The translations under genes and the position numbers were made by a program. 64,000 nucleotides of DNA from an uncultured Candidatus Saccharibacteria bacterium (GTDB lineage Bacteria; Patescibacteriota; Saccharimonadia; Saccharimonadales; JACDBH01): NCBI GenBank assembly GCA_964642275.1, contig CAZXOA010000003.1, positions 5,593 through 69,592 on the forward strand, in the 5' to 3' direction. This document shows positions 59,043-64,000 of this stretch, in pieces (position 1 is the stretch's first letter; each line of letters begins with the position of its first letter). The notes beneath the pieces are model-generated. The model had not been told where the DNA came from. It saw only the letters and a list, made by a program, of their open reading frames with translations, and ran no database searches.

Positions 59043-60057
59043 GAAAATTCGTGACTGGGTGTTTAACTCGGATATCAAGCGAAGTCTAGAAGATCTGACA
59101 ACGCAAAATCAAAATCTCAAAACTGAGCTAGCGGCTATACGGAATCAGATACATGGGCTGCATGAGCATAATCAGGTGTTTACAGACATTTCGCTCGCTC
59201 CACCTGCGAGAGGCAACTTGCTGTTGCAGCAGGAAGCGGGCGCGAAGATGTTGGAAATATTTGATGCAATCTGCCGCAAAAACAATCTTGTCTATTGGCT
59301 CGGTGCAGGCAACCTCATAGGTATCGTGAGGCATAGAGGCGGGGCGGTTCCATGGGATGATGATGTAGATGTCTATATGCCCCGAGAAGACTTTGAAAAG
59401 GCAGTAGCAATATTGCCAAAACTATTTAAAGGTAGCGACTTTGGATTAATCTATCGAGGGTTTTCACTAAAGTTTGCACGATATAAGGGTACTGCGATAA
59501 GCTTTGATATCTTTCCAATTGATCAGTACTATAAAAAAATTGAAAATGACCAAGAGCTTGACGCATTGCATGCAAAAATTGTCAGTGCCGGTCTTTATTC
59601 TTCTGACGAATGGTTAGGGGCCGCCGGATATGGGCCAAATTGGGATGACTTTTTTATACCAATCTGGGAAGGTGGCAATGTGAAGACTCCGGAGGAGATC
59701 ATTAAGATAAAGGAGCAATCTTTAGCAAGATGGAATAAGTCTTTGATGGATAGCAAACCGCCAACCAAAGACGGCCATCTTGTCAAAGGATATGAGCGGG
59801 CTGCATTTCCTGCTAGGCAGTACAGTTGGAAGCATGACTGGGTTTTCCCGTTGAAGCGCGAAAAATATATGGGCATCAAAGTAAATATTCCAAACAACCC
59901 GGATGCATACCTTCGATCTCAGTATGGCGATTATTGGGGTATTCCAAATGATTTCCATAGACATACTTCGCATTTCGGATCAAAATTTGAGAATATTGAT
60001 GACTTGAAGACATTGGCCACCCTGGATATAAAGAGTTTTTCTAGACAAGTAAAATAG
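59011..60057 (+). CDS. licD: LicD-family phosphotransferase (phosphocholine/polyol-phosphate transferase type); start uncertain
   Basis: LVYWLGAGNLIGIVRHRGGAVPWDDDVDVYMPREDF matches the LicD DxD region. N-terminal coiled coil. Confidence 0.75.
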   Translation: MRRKKVARILKKIRDWVFNSDIKRSLEDLTTQNQNLKTELAAIRNQIHGLHEHNQVFTDISLAPPARGNLLLQQEAGAKMLEIFDAICRKNNLVYWLGAGNLIGIVRHRGGAVPWDDDVDVYMPREDFEKAVAILPKLFKGSDFGLIYRGFSLKFARYKGTAISFDIFPIDQYYKKIENDQELDALHAKIVSAGLYSSDEWLGAAGYGPNWDDFFIPIWEGGNVKTPEEIIKIKEQSLARWNKSLMDSKPPTKDGHLVKGYERAAFPARQYSWKHDWVFPLKREKYMGIKVNIPNNPDAYLRSQYGDYWGIPNDFHRHTSHFGSKFENIDDLKTLATLDIKSFSRQVK

Positions 60058-60124
60058 CCGCATATGTTGTGCGTCCCTAGTTCGTTTACAGGTATAATAA
60101 ACACATGAGAAGCTCGGTAGAAAC

Positions 60125-61195
60125 ATGAAGAAGGCTAGGGGTGTAGCCGGGGGACCACTTTTTTCTATCATTGTGCCCTTGTACAACAAGGCAGGGTACA
60201 TTGCTGCCTGTCTCGATCGAATCAAAGAGCAGACTGAGCTTAGCTGGGAGTGCGTAGTCATAAATGATGGCTCGACTGACGGTGGGGAGAAAGTTGCAGA
60301 ATCCTTCGCGGAGGAGGACCATCGCTTTAAACTGGTGAATCAGAAAAACTTAGGGCCAAGTATAGCGCGCAACAGAGGAATCCAAGAAGCACGAGGCAAA
60401 ATACTACACTTCTTGGATGCTGACGACTATTACCCCGATACCACCACCCTTGAAACTGTAGGAAAAATCTACTTGAAGGATATACCGACTGCCATAGCCG
60501 GCAGTATCGGTGTTCTAACATCTAAGGATACCCCAGTAAACTATGACCTACTGGAAGTAAATTCAAAGTCAAATAAAACACAATCATTCAGAGAGTTGCA
60601 GAACGACTACTACTTTACCCGGTTTTTCTTCGACAGAAAATTTATCGTGGATAACTCCATAACTTTCCCAACATACACAAGGGTTGGTGAAGACCCCATA
60701 TTTTTGGTCAAGGCTCTTTCCCTGATGGATCAGTTTATTGTTACGAACATACCAGTGTATGTTTATAACACACTGGGTAGTAGTGCCAATGTCTTTGGCG
60801 CTTATGACGATGACGAAGCACTCAGCTACTCGGAGACACAGATTGAGATTCTAGAGATATGTAAACAGCACGGATACAAAGCACTCACGAAACGAATACT
60901 CGACCGTATAGACGCGCAAATGCTTGATGGGTATATCAAGAAAAGTATCGCGGGCAATAAAGCTATAGGTAAAAACCTAGAGAAATTGCTGAGTTTTATG
61001 AGCCCGGAAATCTACCACGAAAGAATTATTCGAATGAGAGAGAGGGATGATCGTATTACTGAACTTGAGGAAAAAATCCATACCCTAGAAAGTCAGATTT
61101 TACAAATTAGTCAGCCAGGTATCAAAATATCATTTCGAAAACTGATAGGGGCGCTAAAACGGCGGATAAAAAAGGGCCTAAGGAGGCTATCGTAG
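60125..61195 (+). CDS. glycosyltransferase family 2
   Basis: FSIIVPLYNKAGYIAACLDRI...VINDGSTDG...LDADDY. GT-A fold with DxD. Confidence 0.9.
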   Translation: MKKARGVAGGPLFSIIVPLYNKAGYIAACLDRIKEQTELSWECVVINDGSTDGGEKVAESFAEEDHRFKLVNQKNLGPSIARNRGIQEARGKILHFLDADDYYPDTTTLETVGKIYLKDIPTAIAGSIGVLTSKDTPVNYDLLEVNSKSNKTQSFRELQNDYYFTRFFFDRKFIVDNSITFPTYTRVGEDPIFLVKALSLMDQFIVTNIPVYVYNTLGSSANVFGAYDDDEALSYSETQIEILEICKQHGYKALTKRILDRIDAQMLDGYIKKSIAGNKAIGKNLEKLLSFMSPEIYHERIIRMRERDDRITELEEKIHTLESQILQISQPGIKISFRKLIGALKRRIKKGLRRLS

Positions 61196-62374
61196 ATGAG
61201 CAGTAAAGTCTTGGTTTCTATTATAATTCCTGTGTATAACGTCGAGAAGTACCTAGATGTATGTCTTAAATCAGTACTCGGACAGACATATGAGAGCATA
61301 GAGGTTGTCTTAGTGGACGATGGTTCAACTGATTCGTCTGGCGAGAAGTGCGATGAGTGGTCTCGAAAGGACGATCGTATTAAAGTAATACATAAAGATA
61401 ATGAAGGGCTGAATTATGCGCGTCGAGATGGTTTGGCGGTGTCAACTGGAGATTGGGTTAGCTTTATCGACAGTGATGATATAGCACATCAGGACCTGGT
61501 CAAAGACTTGCTGGAAGCAGCGGTCGCAACAAAGACTGACATTGTTACGGCCCGCAATAAGAAGTTCACGAATGAAGAAGAGATAGTGCTCGGACGGGGT
61601 GTGCCAAGTGAGGGTATGCAGGTAATCAAAGATAGAGCCGAACTTATGCGCTATGTGCTAGTAAGGTCGCCAGATGAGAATGTCTTTATGGTAACTGCCT
61701 GGTGTAAACTGTTCAGACGTTCTGTCATAGAATCCATCGACTGGGACCTTTCTAACTCTCGCACAAATGAGGATGAGCTAGAAGCAATTCAGTACTACAG
61801 CTTACAAAGAAACGGGGTGACTGTACTTAAGAAAGCGCTCTACTATTACAGGGATAATCCAACTTCCATAATGAATAAACCCTACACGAACCTTTATCAG
61901 GGGAAGAATTTCTCAAGGTTCGAATGGATTGAAGAACTATATAAGATCTCGAACAACTATTTCGGCAGAAAGTTGTACGCTGATGAGCTGCTCTATCACA
62001 ATGTTATGTTAAACCTGTTATTTTTAAATAAAGATATCGCACGGGGGACGTTTTCGGATAAGGACTATGATGTGTTCTGTAGATACTTCTACCCAAAGAT
62101 AAAGCCCTATAAAAAAATAAGGAATAAATACCCGCTGTTTTACGAAGAGAAGCGAGCTTTTGAATATGCAGACAGCGGTAATATCTTTATGATCTGGACT
62201 GCAGATAGGCGGCTGATTGAAGAGCTTCGCCAGAACAACGAAAATCTGAATCAGGAGATAGGAAAATTACGTCAGAACAACGAAAATCTGAATCAGGAGA
62301 TAGAGACTATAAAGATGTCGCGTTTCTACAGGCTAGGTACAAATTACCATAAGATAACCAGGAAAAAAGGATAG
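61196..62374 (+). CDS. glycosyltransferase family 2 with duplicated C-terminal heptad segment
   Basis: VSIIIPVYNVEKYLDVCLKSV...LVDDGSTDSS...IDSDD. The C-terminus contains a 14-aa tandem duplication. Confidence 0.9.
   Translation: MSSKVLVSIIIPVYNVEKYLDVCLKSVLGQTYESIEVVLVDDGSTDSSGEKCDEWSRKDDRIKVIHKDNEGLNYARRDGLAVSTGDWVSFIDSDDIAHQDLVKDLLEAAVATKTDIVTARNKKFTNEEEIVLGRGVPSEGMQVIKDRAELMRYVLVRSPDENVFMVTAWCKLFRRSVIESIDWDLSNSRTNEDELEAIQYYSLQRNGVTVLKKALYYYRDNPTSIMNKPYTNLYQGKNFSRFEWIEELYKISNNYFGRKLYADELLYHNVMLNLLFLNKDIARGTFSDKDYDVFCRYFYPKIKPYKKIRNKYPLFYEEKRAFEYADSGNIFMIWTADRRLIEELRQNNENLNQEIGKLRQNNENLNQEIETIKMSRFYRLGTNYHKITRKKG
62228..62311 (+). repeat. 42-nt tandem duplication inside the GT2 gene
   Basis: cagaacaacgaaaatctgaatcaggagata occurs at 62231-62260 and again at 62273-62302, encoding RQNNENLNQEI twice. 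Confidence 0.95.
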
Positions 62375-62385
62375 GTTCAGAAAGC

Positions 62386-64000
62386 ATGAATAAAGTCATT
62401 CACTACGTTTGGGTTGGCGGCAAGCCTCTGCCACGTCTTGCAAAAAAATGTATCAAAAGCTGGAAGAAACATTTGCCCGATTGGGAGATTATCGAGTGGA
62501 ACGAAAAAAATTTTGACATAGAGAACTCAGTGCCGTTCGTGCAACAGGCCTATAAGCAAAAAAAATGGGCGTTTGTGGCCGATTACATACGCACCAAGGC
62601 TCTCTATGAGCATGGCGGCTTGTATTTTGATACGGATATGGAGGTGTTGGGAGATGTAAGTAAGATTCTAAAAAAGCCGGCTTTCTTTGGGCGCGAGTAT
62701 GAGGGAGATGATAGGGAAATGGTGTGTGCCGGTGTCATGTATTTTGCGCAGAAGCACGACCCGTTCCTTCAAGAAATGCTGGATTTTTACAACGGTATAG
62801 AACGATTTAACACAGGTCTGATGTACTCGTACGCTATACCAAAAGTCATAACTAGGATACTAGACAAGTATCCAGTGAGGGTTAACGCAGATGGGACAGA
62901 AGTATTTAACGATTACATCTGGGTGTATCCAAAAGACTATTTTTATCCGGTTAACTTCGATTGGACGAAGGAATTCTACTCAGAAAATACGGTGATGATA
63001 CACCACTATGACGCATCGTGGACGGGATCTTCTAATAAACGGAATGTTGCTATACGCAAAGCGCTCCCGAAGCCGGTCTCTAGTGTTGCTCTGCGTTCTT
63101 TAGCTGTTGGCGCCCGGATGAAGCACAGTTCCAAGGAGCGCGTGCAGACATTAAACAGAAAGCTCCGCACAAAAGCCTCGATATACGTAAAGTCAAAGAG
63201 CCGCTTGTATCGCTTGGCCAAAAGTATTGATAAGTTCAAAGATAAGGATTTTCTTGTGCTTTCTAATCCGGACTGGGTTGGCGTATCCCATGTTGCTGAA
63301 GACATGTTTGGTGGCTATGCTCCAATTGGGGAGGTAAGCATATATAGGCAGCAGGAAATCGAAGAGATAGCCAAAATCATAGTGAGTTCGCAGAAACCCC
63401 TGGTGATCTTTAATGGTTTAGTAGCTGGGTGGGATAGGGTTATTGAGTCCATGCGCAAGCTCGATAAAGCTATGAGGGTAAAAATACTCTATCATGGGGG
63501 AGATGTGCGTTTAGCTAGGTATGTAGACTATGCTTCTTTCATGAAGATACTAGGCCTGCACAACATGGGGTTGATAGATGAAATTGGTTTTGTGAAGAAA
63601 CAGCAAGCAGAATTCTATAAGAAAAAGGGTTTCAGGGCTAAATTTGTAGCAAATAATATCACGATAGATAACCCGAAAAAGTATAAAATAGCAGATAATA
63701 CAAAGGGCCAAAACACAGTTAAAATCGGGCTTTACAGCTCGGGTGACATCGAGTGGAAAAATGTTTTTAACCAAGTAGCAGCAGCGAGTTTAGTGGAAGG
63801 TGCCGAGCTTGATGTAGTACCTATCAACCATATGGTAGCTGGCTATGCAGACAGGGTGGGGATTAAGGTGGTGGGCGACGATCGGCTGCTGCCGAGGGAC
63901 GTACTTTTGTCGCGGATGGCAAACAATGATATTAACTTGTATGTGTCCTTTGCGGAAGCGTCTCCTCTGCTTCCACTCGAGAGCATGGAACTAGGCGTAC
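62386..64000 (+). CDS. fused glycosyltransferase: N-terminal DXD sugar-transferase (GT32/'Gly_transf_sug'-like) + C-terminal GT4-like domain; runs off the right edge
   Basis: Not in the ORF track because there is no stop in the window. My translation is MNKVIHYVWVGGKPLPRLAKKCIKSWKKHLPDWEIIEWNEKNF...YFDTDMEVL..., continuing open to 64000 and ending ...NLYVSFAEASPLLPLESMELGV. Confidence 0.75.
   Translation, partial: MNKVIHYVWVGGKPLPRLAKKCIKSWKKHLPDWEIIEWNEKNFDIENSVPFVQQAYKQKKWAFVADYIRTKALYEHGGLYFDTDMEVLGDVSKILKKPAFFGREYEGDDREMVCAGVMYFAQKHDPFLQEMLDFYNGIERFNTGLMYSYAIPKVITRILDKYPVRVNADGTEVFNDYIWVYPKDYFYPVNFDWTKEFYSENTVMIHHYDASWTGSSNKRNVAIRKALPKPVSSVALRSLAVGARMKHSSKERVQTLNRKLRTKASIYVKSKSRLYRLAKSIDKFKDKDFLVLSNPDWVGVSHVAEDMFGGYAPIGEVSIYRQQEIEEIAKIIVSSQKPLVIFNGLVAGWDRVIESMRKLDKAMRVKILYHGGDVRLARYVDYASFMKILGLHNMGLIDEIGFVKKQQAEFYKKKGFRAKFVANNITIDNPKKYKIADNTKGQNTVKIGLYSSGDIEWKNVFNQVAAASLVEGAELDVVPINHMVAGYADRVGIKVVGDDRLLPRDVLLSRMANNDINLYVSFAEASPLLPLESMELGV

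Overview
The window is 64 kb and gene-dense, with about 70 supportable CDS and 4 tRNAs. I saw no rRNA, CRISPR, transposase, integrase or phage genes. Several features suggest a reduced-genome Patescibacteria/CPR bacterium, probably Saccharibacteria-like: very short intergenic gaps, overlapping starts and stops, many orphan membrane or secreted proteins, monoderm-type secretion and teichoic-acid-type genes, and a lone Mur ligase outside any dcw cluster. That taxonomic call is inference from memory, not a search result. Layout: (i) 0-17.7 kb is housekeeping. It holds groES-groEL with a CIRCE operator, an N-terminally short MurE-like ligase, tsaD, valS, HIT, GIY-YIG, comF, hsp20, three tRNA-Ser and one tRNA-Arg, plus two small high-GC islets. 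(ii) 17.7-36.9 kb is a type IV secretion-like locus built as two divergent operons. The minus arm has 9 genes, seven of them carrying a VirB2/TrbC-like pilin domain. Two of those are giant 'head + pilin' fusions, each preceded by a paralogous DYSWLQ-motif membrane protein. The plus arm encodes a VirB6-like protein, a PrgI/VirB3-like protein, a VirB4-N-like protein, a VirB4 ATPase, two large M23-peptidase proteins and a TM-anchored beta-rich protein. No relaxase, coupling protein or VirB11 is present in the window. (iii) 36.9-43.5 kb is recF-dnaN-dnaA | oriC | rpmH-rnpA-yidC-jag. (iv) 43.5-48.3 kb holds orphan surface proteins, including a membrane-anchored SGNH esterase. (v) 48.3-64 kb is a lower-GC surface-glycopolymer locus (TagD, TagF-like, TagGH-like ABC exporter, LicD, AsnB-like, O-antigen-ligase-like, GT2/GT4/GT32). 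Other signals are heptanucleotide x4 tandem repeats at two accessory genes, several promoter/terminator-bounded candidate small RNAs, a tRNA-Ser 5'-half-like fragment, and a recurring pattern of a -10 hexamer 7-8 nt before the ATG with no SD, which suggests leaderless mRNAs. All family assignments rest on motifs read by eye. No database search was run.
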